Source of the DNA: a virus
Strand: one strand, 5' to 3'
DNA length: 64,000 bases
IMG/VR virus record: IMGVR_UViG_3300027857_000001
Span: 32,001 to 96,000 of that record
In this document: in pieces, positions 1 through 7,446 of the stretch
Layout: every line of letters begins with the position of its first letter
Numbering within the stretch: the stretch's first letter is position 1
The notes under the pieces: generated by a model
What the model was told of the DNA's origin: nothing
The model's input: only the letters and a program-made list of their open reading frames with translations
The model's database searches: none
Position numbers and translations under genes: made by a program

Positions 1-9
1 GATCATGTA

Positions 10-522
10 ATGTCTTGTCACATGTCGCCAGGTGATGAGGAGCCGCAGCGGGAGCATCCGCGGGAGGTCGGCGATAACGTGCGCCGGTACCGGGAGTTCC
101 GGGGCATGAGCCAGGAAGCCCTCGCCCGCGAGATGGTGAAGCGGGGTTTCCCCTGGTTCCAGTCCACGGTCTACAAGGTGGAGCACTCGGGGCGGCGCAT
201 GGAGATGTACGAGGGCCGCGCCGTATGCGACATCCTCGGCATCTCCGTCGACAGGCTGTTCTGGGCCGGCGATGAAGCTGCCGAGATGGCGCTGGTCGAA
301 GGTGCCATCTCATCGCTGAGGCAGGCGCACGACGAGACCGCCCGGGCGGTCGCGCGGCTTGACGCGGCCGCGCGCGCCGCCGCGCGCACCCTGAGGGACC
401 GCGGCGGCAGCAGGTACGAGCGGGTCCGGGAGACCTGCGGCGACCTGGAGGCCGAGCTGGGATCGTCCACGCTCGACCTGGCCGTCGCGAGAGCGGGGGA
501 GATCCTGGATGGTGACAGCTGA
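10..522 (+). CDS. XRE-family HTH transcriptional regulator
   Basis: VGDNVRRYREFRGMSQEALAREM...STVYKVEHSGRR is an XRE HTH pattern; stop overlaps the integrase start (TGATG). Confidence 0.75.
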   Translation: MSCHMSPGDEEPQREHPREVGDNVRRYREFRGMSQEALAREMVKRGFPWFQSTVYKVEHSGRRMEMYEGRAVCDILGISVDRLFWAGDEAAEMALVEGAISSLRQAHDETARAVARLDAAARAAARTLRDRGGSRYERVRETCGDLEAELGSSTLDLAVARAGEILDGDS

Positions 523-2168
523 TGGCGTACGCGGAGCGGGTGAGATCCCCGAAGGGCGACTACTGGCGCGGCCGGTACCAGGACCCTGACGGCCGGTACC
601 TCACCGTGCGGGACGCAGGCGGCCGGGTCATAAGGTACCCGGCGAAGCTGGACGCCGAGCATGGTGCCGACGACGCCGAGTCAGCGGTCCGCGGCGGCGA
701 CTGGATCGACCCGCGTGCGGGGCTGGTCACGTTCGGGGAGTGGGCCAGCGCGTGGTACAGGAAGCAGGACCTGGCCGAGTCCACGATGGAGAACTACCGG
801 CAGCACCTCGTGTACCACCTGCTGCCGTATTTCCAGCACAAAGCCCTCGCCGACATCAGCGAGGAGATGATCGGCAAATGGGCCCGGTCAGAGAGGGCCA
901 GGGGCTACGAGCCGGACAGCATCAGGACCTGGCGGGCCACCCTGCACACCTGCCTGGAGGACGCGACAGGCACGCACATCAGCGTGAACCCGGCCACCCG
1001 GAAAAGGGGCAGGGGGAAGAGATCGGGCCGCGCCGCCGGGGACAGCGCCGAGGAGAAGATGATCACCGACCCGCTCGGCGTCCTGCTCATCGCCGAGCGG
1101 ATGGCGATACTCTCCGGCCGCGACGACGAGCTCGTCATGGTCGTCACGGGATTCTGGGATGCGCTGCGGCTCGGCGAGACTGTCGGCCTGGAGAGCAGGT
1201 ACGTGCGTCCCCGGACACTGCGGGTGGACTGGCAGCTTCACGAGATCGGCGGGAAAGACCCCGGGACCGGCGCCCCTGGCGGCCGGCTGGTGCGCTGCCC
1301 GCCGAAAGACGGATCGAGGGGGACGCTGGACCAGCCGCAGTTCCTCGCCCGCCTGCTGGCCGAGCACATCATGCGGACCCGGCCGGAGCCATGCCCCTGT
1401 CACGGGAAGACCTACGTGTTCCGCGGCATGGGCATCCCGCGAGGCCCGCGCGGCTCCATGTCGATGCGTGAACTGGCCGCCCTCGCCGGGGTGTCGGAGA
1501 CCGTGGTCGCGACGGTGCTCGGCAAGCCGGGCCGCGTCAGCGAGCAGACACGCCGTCACGTCGAGGCTGTCATCGCCGCGTGCGGCTACCGGCGGGAGGC
1601 GGGGACGGACCGTCCCGCGTGGCACTGGCGCAGGTCCGCGTTCGAGGAACTGTTCACGGCTGCGGCATCGGGATGGCTCCCGGCCCGCGCGCCCCTGCCG
1701 CGCCGCCCCGTCCCGGTGGCCGGGGACTGGCCGGGCATGCGGGTGCGGGGCCGCAACGCGCAGGGCCGGGCGCAGTTCTGCTGGCTTCCTGTCGCCGAGG
1801 GGCTCACTCCTCACGGGCTGCGCCACTCGGCGAAGACGTGGATGGAGGAGGAGGGGATACCGGAGGTGCTGAGCGAGCAGCGGCTGCGCCACGAGATCGC
1901 CGGGATCTCCGGCCGGTACCGTCACGTGACGCAGAGGATGCGCGACGAGCTCGTGGCTGCGATGACGGCGGCGTGGGAGGGCGCGCTGGACGCGCGGCTG
2001 GCGATGTCGGAGCGCTCGCCGGCAGCGGTGCTCGACACGCTGCTGCGGGAGCGGCTCGAGGCGCGCAGGCCCAGGGCCGTCCCCAGGAATTCCCCAGAAA
2101 CAAGTGAAGCGGTGCTCCCGTTTCCTCGGGGCACCGCCTCTGACCTGGGTCGGGGTGGCCGGATTTGA
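522..2168 (+). CDS. int: Tyrosine recombinase/phage integrase with an internal LacI-like HTH insertion
   Basis: Catalytic motifs LRLGE (R), HGLRH (HxxR), LRH and RYRHV (Y); N-terminal arm-binding-like region; 3' end overlaps the att core. Confidence 0.9.
   Translation: MAYAERVRSPKGDYWRGRYQDPDGRYLTVRDAGGRVIRYPAKLDAEHGADDAESAVRGGDWIDPRAGLVTFGEWASAWYRKQDLAESTMENYRQHLVYHLLPYFQHKALADISEEMIGKWARSERARGYEPDSIRTWRATLHTCLEDATGTHISVNPATRKRGRGKRSGRAAGDSAEEKMITDPLGVLLIAERMAILSGRDDELVMVVTGFWDALRLGETVGLESRYVRPRTLRVDWQLHEIGGKDPGTGAPGGRLVRCPPKDGSRGTLDQPQFLARLLAEHIMRTRPEPCPCHGKTYVFRGMGIPRGPRGSMSMRELAALAGVSETVVATVLGKPGRVSEQTRRHVEAVIAACGYRREAGTDRPAWHWRRSAFEELFTAAASGWLPARAPLPRRPVPVAGDWPGMRVRGRNAQGRAQFCWLPVAEGLTPHGLRHSAKTWMEEEGIPEVLSEQRLRHEIAGISGRYRHVTQRMRDELVAAMTAAWEGALDARLAMSERSPAAVLDTLLRERLEARRPRAVPRNSPETSEAVLPFPRGTASDLGRGGRI
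2078..2101 (+). repeat. Arm-type integrase site, copy 1 (CGTCCCCAGGAATTCCCCAGAAAC)
   Basis: Exact direct repeat of 2341-2364; internally two TCCCCAGRAA units. Confidence 0.8.
2111..2135 (-). terminator. Stem-loop downstream of the tRNA fragment (possible terminator after integration)
   Basis: GGTGC(T)CCCG-tttcct-CGGGGCACC hairpin just 3' of the tRNA end on the minus strand. Confidence 0.4.
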
Positions 2169-2191
2169 ACCGGCGGCCTCTTCGTCCCGAA
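2147..2191 (-). tRNA. 3' half only of tRNA-Pro(CGG) = att core, not a functional tRNA
   Basis: Reverse complement TTCGGGACGAAGAGGCCGCCGGTTCAAATCCGGCCACCCCGACC gives anticodon loop (CGG), T-arm and acceptor 3' strand; the 5' half is absent. Confidence 0.85.
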
Positions 2192-2340
2192 GAAAGTAGC
2201 CGTAAGTTCACGGGTTACGTTAAACCAGGATGTTCTCACTGTTCCGACCAGGACGTTTTCGGTTCGCCAGGTCAGAGGCCCAACGGCAAAGTCGCGTTCA
2301 GCGGCGTTCAGCGATATCCGCTCACGTTCACGGCTAGTCT

Positions 2341-2364
2341 CGTCCCCAGGAATTCCCCAGAAAC
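2341..2364 (+). repeat. Arm-type integrase site, copy 2
   Basis: Identical to 2078-2101. Confidence 0.8.
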
Positions 2365-2484
2365 GCCGTCCGCCGGGTTGCCGAGTCGGCTTGCCGCCGT
2401 CAGGCAGAACCCCATCCACGAATGCCCGGAGACTGACTCGCACCGTCTCGTGGTCGCAGCGATCGGCGCGATCTCAAGATGGAT

Positions 2485-3618
2485 GTCTCAGCAGATACGG
2501 CGCTGAGCGGACGTTGCGGCCGCAGAGGCCCCAGGGTCGAGGCGCTATTGAGGTGGATGTCTCAGCAGGTACGCACCCGAGCATGCGTTACCACCGCAGC
2601 CCGGCGGAGACTCGTGTTGCGTCGGCATCACGTCTCAGCGTTTACGCAGCTGAGCATGCGTTGCGACTTGACCGGGGTAGCGGTCAGGCCGACCAGGTAG
2701 GCGTCGTCTCAGCGTTTACGCAGCTGAGCATGCGTTACGACAACGCGCACGAACACAAGCGCACCTGGGACAGCCGGGTCTCAGCGTTTACGCAGCTGAG
2801 CATGCGTTGCGACCAGGACGAGGGCTCCACCCGCGGCCAGTCTCAGCTCAGTCTCAGCAGGTACGCAGCTGAGCATGCGTTGCGACGCCGCATGCACTCA
2901 TGGCACGGGTAGGTGGTGGTGGTCTCAGCAGGTACGCAGCTGAGCATGCGTTGCGACTCTTACAGGGTATGCTTCACCGTTCCTGGGATAACGGAGGTCT
3001 CAGCAGGTACGCAGCTGAGCATGCGTTGCGACCGCGCACACGCCACTGGCTTCGCTGCCTCGGCGTGGGTCTCAGCAGGTACGCAGCTGAGCATGCGTTA
3101 CGACGTCCAGGGTGCCTTCAGCCGCACGCTCCACCCACAGCGTCTCAGCAGGTACGCAGCTGAGCATGCGTTGCGACGCCGCATGCACTCATGGCACGGG
3201 TAGGTGGTGGTGGTCTCAGCAGGTACGCAGCTGAGCATGCGTTGCGACCGCGGAGTGGACATCCCGCCCGACGCATGGGATCTGAGGTCTCAGCAGGTAC
3301 GCAGCTGAGCATGCGTTGCGACTAGCGCTAAATTAGTGCTAACTTACCGTTGCGTGTGGTCTCAGCAGGTACGCAGCTGAGCATGCGTTGCGACCATGAG
3401 CGCGCCAGGATTGCCGAAGCGGTGCTTGAGTTCGTCTCAGCAGGTACGCAGCTGAGCATGCGTTGCGACCTTAACGTTGCCCTAGATCGAGTGCAACCAT
3501 TAATCCCGGTCTCAGCAGGTACGCAGCTGAGCATGCGTTACGACCGTAGGACAAACGTGAGGAGGCGACGACCATGGACATGGTCTCAGCAGGTACGCAG
3601 CTGAGCATGCGTTACGAC
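2485..3618 (-). CRISPR. CRISPR array: 16 repeats of 36 nt, 15 spacers of 35-39 nt; consensus (minus strand) GTCGCAACGCATGCTCAGCTGCGTACCTGCTGAGAC
   Basis: Repeats start at 2485, 2559, 2632, 2706, 2778, 2851, 2922, 2997, 3069, 3142, 3213, 3287, 3359, 3434, 3509 and 3583. Degenerate copies are at the left end, so the leader is on the right and transcription is on the minus strand. Confidence 0.97.
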
Positions 3619-3713
3619 CGCTCCCGGTTTTCACCGGGTATGGCCTGCGGGAATGCGGTGGCTTGCGAGCGGTCCTGAATGCTGGCCTCTAGCGGCTTAA
3701 CCGCCGCTCAATC
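3619..3713 (-). promoter_or_regulatory. Putative CRISPR leader
   Basis: Non-coding and adjacent to the conserved end of the array; contains CCCGG-ttttca-CCGGG and AGCGGC-ttaacc-GCCGCT hairpins. Confidence 0.55.
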
Positions 3714-3880
3714 CAGCCAGGGTTCGTGCCGTGTGACCTGCACGCGAGCGGCCCCCGGGGGTTCCGGGCACCACCGGGCCGCTCGCACGGACAGCCCGGG
3801 GGACGTTCAGTACAGCGGACAGCAGCAGAGCTGTCCCGGGCAGGCTCCCGCATCTGCGCCGGCCAGGGATGCCTGGCTGC
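3714..3880. ncRNA. Candidate structured RNA between the array and the wHTH gene
   Basis: Nested complementarity: CAGCCAGG(3714)/CCTGGCTG(3872), GCGAGCGGCCC/GGGCCGCTCGC (11 bp), GGACAGC/GCTGTCC. No credible ORF. Confidence 0.35.
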
Positions 3881-3950
3881 GCGCGGTGAACCTGCCGCCC
3901 CGTCAGTGGCGGACGGGCACGCCATGGGTTATGGACTTGTCAAGAAACAG

Positions 3951-3976
3951 CCTGCACCGGAGTCTACCGGCGCAGG
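3951..3976 (-). terminator. Hairpin downstream of the 219-aa gene
   Basis: CCTGC-A-CCGG-agtcta-CCGG-C-GCAGG. Confidence 0.35.
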
Positions 3977-4012
3977 CTTAGCCTGTCGTCAGGCGTGGCC
4001 GCCGTGAGCCGG

Positions 4013-4672
4013 TTATGCCGTTGCCGGGACCGGCTGGATACCGCCGCCTCGCGCCTCAGCGTACGCACCGGCCCAGTCCCGGGTGAAGTACAGCCGGTCA
4101 CCATCCGGGGCGACGCAGCCATGCTCGGTGAGCACGTCGATCTCCTCCGGGAGCAGCACCGACGGGTCGTAGCCGGCGCGGTCGAGCGCGGTAGAGGCGT
4201 CGTACAGCATCTCGGCCACGGCCTCCAGCCCTGCCAGCCGCTCAGCGGCGGCGTCGCGGCGTATCTCCAGCTCGCGCAGCTGCCTCTCGGCGATGCGCAG
4301 GTCGCTTTCCGCGTGCCTGAGCTCCCGCGTGGCGGCTGCCTTGCGCTGGTCGAGCCGTCGTTTCCGTGCGTTGAGCCACCTGCGGTGCTGCTCCATCCGG
4401 AGCTTCGCCGGGACCTGCGGCCGTTCCCTGGCCTGCTCCAGGCCCTTCTCCGAGATCCGGTAGAAGATCGGCGGCCGGCCGGGCTTCCCTGTCGGCATGG
4501 GCTGCCGGTCGATGATGCCCTCGGCCACGCCGGCTTCCAGCCAGCGCCGCACTGTGCTGAGAGACGGGTTCCTCGTCAGGGCCAGGCCCTTGTTCCAGGG
4601 CCTGCGCGGCTGCTGTTTCGCGACGGCCGCGGTGATGGCCAGTGCGGTCTTCAGCTTGCGGCGGTTGCTCAT
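4013..4672 (-). CDS. Winged-helix DNA-binding protein with long coiled coil (CRISPR-adjacent)
   Basis: STVRRWLEAGVAEGIIDRQPMPTGKPGRPPIFYRISEKG matches the wHTH wing pattern (GRPxxxYxL/ITxxG), followed by heptad-rich helix; ATGA-coupled to the upstream gene. Confidence 0.7.
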   Translation of the reverse strand: MSNRRKLKTALAITAAVAKQQPRRPWNKGLALTRNPSLSTVRRWLEAGVAEGIIDRQPMPTGKPGRPPIFYRISEKGLEQARERPQVPAKLRMEQHRRWLNARKRRLDQRKAAATRELRHAESDLRIAERQLRELEIRRDAAAERLAGLEAVAEMLYDASTALDRAGYDPSVLLPEEIDVLTEHGCVAPDGDRLYFTRDWAGAYAEARGGGIQPVPATA

Positions 4673-4857
4673 GCCGCCAGCTTCCGCTGCCGTTCGCGCA
4701 GAGCCCGCTGGGCCATGACCCTCGCGCAGCCCTTCGAGCAGTACACGGCGTCAGCCCGGCGGTTCCTGAACGCGCTCCCGCAGTCCGGCCGGGCGCAGGT
4801 CCGTCTCTCCGGCATCGGCTGCTCGCAGTGGGGGCACAGCTCGGTGGTGCGCTTCAC
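4669..4857 (-). CDS. Small zinc-finger protein (62 aa)
   Basis: CPHC...CARPDC...YCSKGC, resembling CGNR-type zinc fingers, with a basic C-terminal helix. Confidence 0.65.
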   Translation of the reverse strand: MKRTTELCPHCEQPMPERRTCARPDCGSAFRNRRADAVYCSKGCARVMAQRALRERQRKLAA

Positions 4858-4866
4858 GTCGGCAAG

Positions 4867-4881
4867 GTATCACGGTGATAC
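4867..4881. promoter_or_regulatory. Palindromic operator GTATCAC-G-GTGATAC overlapping a candidate leaderless promoter
   Basis: Perfect 7-1-7 inverted repeat 10 nt upstream of the GTG at 4857; minus-strand TACCTT (-10-like) sits 6 nt before the start. Confidence 0.6.
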
Positions 4882-5087
4882 GTTCCGTGCGGGCTGAAAT
4901 ATCACGCCACGGTGAGGGAATAAGCGGTTACCACCTGAGGTCCGGTGCCGTATGCCTGTACTTCCCGTCCGGCCAGGACGCACGTTCCTCGATCTCGGCG
5001 GCACGGGCCCGCCATTCCCCGGACAGTGCCAGTTCTTCGGGTGACGAGTCCTCTGGCCATGGCGGGTACAGGCCGGCGCTCCTCTGC

Positions 5088-5204
5088 TCATCGGTCCGCC
5101 GGTCGTAGAGCAGCGCCAGCGGCAGCGAGTACGGCCTGGCATTCGCCGACCGTCTGCGCGGCCGGGATCGCGGTTGTGTAGTTCAGCGGCCTGCCGCTAG
5201 CCAT
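5088..5204 (-). pseudogene. Truncated phage-type gene (38 aa)
   Basis: MASGRPLNYTTAIPAAQTVGECQAVLAAAGA resembles the N-terminus of a longer phage protein family (recalled motif LNYTT..A..TVGE.Q..LA..GA); coupled to the ASCH stop. Confidence 0.35.
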
Positions 5205-5697
5205 CGCTCCCCTCCATCTGCTTCCGTACTGCCTTCTCTACGTCATCAGGTAGCCGCCACAGGCCGAGAGCACCCCGGCACGGGACCGGCTCAGCGAGCG
5301 GGCGGACGTTCTCCAGGAGCCAGTGGTACTGATCGCGGACCGCCCACGGCGAGCACAGCGGCCGGGTCGCGCCGCACGTCCCGCCGAAGTCAGGGCTCAG
5401 GTGGCAGCCGGACAGGCCGGCTACCGCGACTATGACGCCCTGGCCGGATGCGGCCTCATCGATCTCGAACCCGCACGCCTCGACGGCATCGAGGATGAGG
5501 TAGTTCTCCACGTCGCTGCGGTCCGGTCTGGTCTTGCTCGCGTGGATGGCAATAAGGCCCCGGTAGGCCGTTCCCCACGTGCGGTTCTCGACCGGCTTCG
5601 CCCCGATGGCGATCGCCCAGGCGTACGGCTGCCTGATCGAGAGCGCCCGCATGGCGTCCGGCTTGCCAGCTGGCATGTCAGTGAGCATGCGGGCCAT
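5197..5697 (-). CDS. ASCH domain protein
   Basis: ALSIRQPYAWAIAIGAKPVENRTW...RGLIAIHA is the ASCH signature. Confidence 0.85.
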   Translation of the reverse strand: MARMLTDMPAGKPDAMRALSIRQPYAWAIAIGAKPVENRTWGTAYRGLIAIHASKTRPDRSDVENYLILDAVEACGFEIDEAASGQGVIVAVAGLSGCHLSPDFGGTCGATRPLCSPWAVRDQYHWLLENVRPLAEPVPCRGALGLWRLPDDVEKAVRKQMEGSDG

Positions 5698-6031
5698 CGC
5701 CAGCTACCTCCGGGTGTCTCCCGTTCACGTAGAGCCGCATCTCTTCGACAGCGTTGCCCACCGCTTCGCCGACGCTGGCCACGCCCGCATCGAACCCGGC
5801 CGCGTAGGCGTCCCGGTCGCCTGGCACCAGGAGCGTCATCGTGCGGCCTTCCGCTCGCCGGAGCACGTCGTACCAGTCCGGGTGCTGGCTATCCCAGGGG
5901 GTGTCGGTGGTGTACCAGTTGCCGATGTTCGCCTTGTTCGACACCCACACCTCCTGACGCGGCTCGCCCCAGTCGATGGCGACCACGGAGCCGGTCGGGG
6001 GTTCCGGCTTCAGATACTGGTCAGGTGCCAT
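5678..6031 (-). CDS. Hypothetical protein
   Basis: Operon packing, codon bias. Confidence 0.55.
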   Translation of the reverse strand: MAPDQYLKPEPPTGSVVAIDWGEPRQEVWVSNKANIGNWYTTDTPWDSQHPDWYDVLRRAEGRTMTLLVPGDRDAYAAGFDAGVASVGEAVGNAVEEMRLYVNGRHPEVAGDGPHAH

Positions 6032-6127
6032 CGCTGTCCTCCTCGTCGTCGTAGCAGGTGCACGAGCAGTCGCACTCACCGCAGTCAGGGCACGCCTCGC
6101 GGGTGTAGACGCACAGGGAGCACGTCA

Positions 6128-6424
6128 TCAGTGGTCCTCCTTCAGCCTGTCGAGCATGGCCAGCCGCAGCACGCATTCGGCCTCGGTCATCCGGTGGCCC
6201 GCGTCCCACGTGCAGCGGGAGCAGATCAGGGTGCCGTCCTGCGCTGTCTCGGGGGTCGCCGACAGCGGATGGGTCGTGAGAGCTTCCCGCAGCGCGGCCA
6301 GGGTGCGGCGGAGATCGAAGTAGGCGGTGCGCCGGAGAGTGGAACCAGACAGGCTCAGCTTCGCAATGTTCTCTTCGTTGCGCTGCTCGATCGCGTCGAG
6401 TGCGGCGGCCAGGTCGTCAGCCAC
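6128..6424 (-). CDS. Hypothetical protein
   Basis: Operon packing; CxxC at C-terminus. Confidence 0.5.
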   Translation of the reverse strand: MADDLAAALDAIEQRNEENIAKLSLSGSTLRRTAYFDLRRTLAALREALTTHPLSATPETAQDGTLICSRCTWDAGHRMTEAECVLRLAMLDRLKEDH

Positions 6425-6722
6425 TTGCGCCCTCCTCCCCGAGCAGCTCACGGGTGATCGCCTCGCGCAGGTCACGGGCACACGCGGCGCGGACCCAGCC
6501 GCGATCCTCGGTCAGCGCCGACACCGGGCCGTCATCGATCTCGTCCCACTTCCCCGGCATCCCCAGTACCGCGTCCAGCGCGGCCAGGAGCCGGGGGACA
6601 TCAGCGGCGGATGCACCCGCTGCCGCCGGGCTGGCGTATGCGAGCGCGGCCCGGTTCCTGATCCTGGCCAGCTCGGCACGGACGGGACCGGGGTCTGGTG
6701 CGTGCCCTGCCGGGTCAGTCAT
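6417..6722 (-). CDS. Hypothetical phage protein
   Basis: Overlapping start/stop; DVPRLLAALDAVL motif is common in phage early proteins. Confidence 0.55.
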   Translation of the reverse strand: MTDPAGHAPDPGPVRAELARIRNRAALAYASPAAAGASAADVPRLLAALDAVLGMPGKWDEIDDGPVSALTEDRGWVRAACARDLREAITRELLGEEGASG

Positions 6723-7209
6723 CGAACCCGTCCGCGTACGAGCACAGCAGCCATGCCGGCTTCTCCGCGACCGGCGTCAGGCCGAGCGTCCCGAGCGCGG
6801 CGGCGAGCTGCTCGTCCCAGCCGCGCCGGGTCGCCTCGTCCGCGCCGAGCAGTCCGCCGGCGTCCTGCGGGTTGCCCCGGCTCGCCTCCAGCGCCTTCGC
6901 GGCCAGGATGAACATCGGCGCGGTATCCGAGCAGTGGATGACGATCGTGACGCCGAGCAGCTCCAGCGCCTCCTCGCGGTGCTGGTAATAGTCCGCCGAG
7001 CCGTCTTCCGCAGTGAAGCCGGCAGCGGCCAGAAGCTCGTCCTCGGCTTCAGCGGCGAACGCGCTCAGGTCATCCCAGTGGCTGCACCGCTCGTCGTGCC
7101 AGGGGACAGCCAGCTCCCCGTACTCACCGACCTCGCGGACCTTCCACTCGTCGTCGGCGCTGCCCAGGTCGTAACCGTAGGCGAGGATCGCGTCTGTTGA
7201 CCGGCCCAT
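6715..7209 (-). CDS. Hypothetical protein
   Basis: RBS (AAGGAG) and operon packing. Confidence 0.65.
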   Translation of the reverse strand: MGRSTDAILAYGYDLGSADDEWKVREVGEYGELAVPWHDERCSHWDDLSAFAAEAEDELLAAAGFTAEDGSADYYQHREEALELLGVTIVIHCSDTAPMFILAAKALEASRGNPQDAGGLLGADEATRRGWDEQLAAALGTLGLTPVAEKPAWLLCSYADGFDD

Positions 7210-7212
7210 TCG

Positions 7213-7446
7213 TTACTCCTTTCCCGCCGTTACGGCGGCTGTCTCATCCCACTGCCCGTATTCGGCTAGCGGGATCACGCCGAGCTTCACGCCTTCAGCG
7301 AGCACAGTCGCCGCGGTGAGCGCCAGCAGCGCGTGCACCTGGGCGAGCTGCCCGGCCTGGACGTGATGGTTACGAAGCTCGCCCTCGTAGTCCGCGGCGG
7401 CCATGGCGAACCGCTCAGCTATGCGAAAGTGCTCCGGTCCTGTCAT
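7213..7446 (-). CDS. Hypothetical protein
   Basis: ATGA coupling. Confidence 0.55.
   Translation of the reverse strand: MTGPEHFRIAERFAMAAADYEGELRNHHVQAGQLAQVHALLALTAATVLAEGVKLGVIPLAEYGQWDETAAVTAGKE

Larger units (their letters stand above)
2078..2364. other. attP site (tRNA-Pro-derived core flanked by arm-type repeats)
   Basis: Core 2147-2191 lies between two identical 24-bp repeats at 2078-2101 and 2341-2364, directly at the integrase 3' end. Confidence 0.8.

Noticed and set aside
2147-2230. Complete tRNA-Pro gene
   Set aside because: The sequence 5' of the anticodon loop does not form the anticodon stem, D-arm or acceptor 5' strand.
2521-3582. Self-targeting spacers
   Set aside because: No spacer match elsewhere in the window was noticed, but this was only a visual scan and needs a computed alignment.
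2485-3618. TIGR-type array or simple VNTR; ORFs called across the array
   Set aside because: There is a single 36-nt repeat with unique 35-39-nt spacers and polar degeneration, which is CRISPR architecture. The ORFs are repeat translations.
3619-4012. Classical tracrRNA anti-repeat
   Set aside because: No complement to the repeat longer than about 6 nt was found by eye on either strand.
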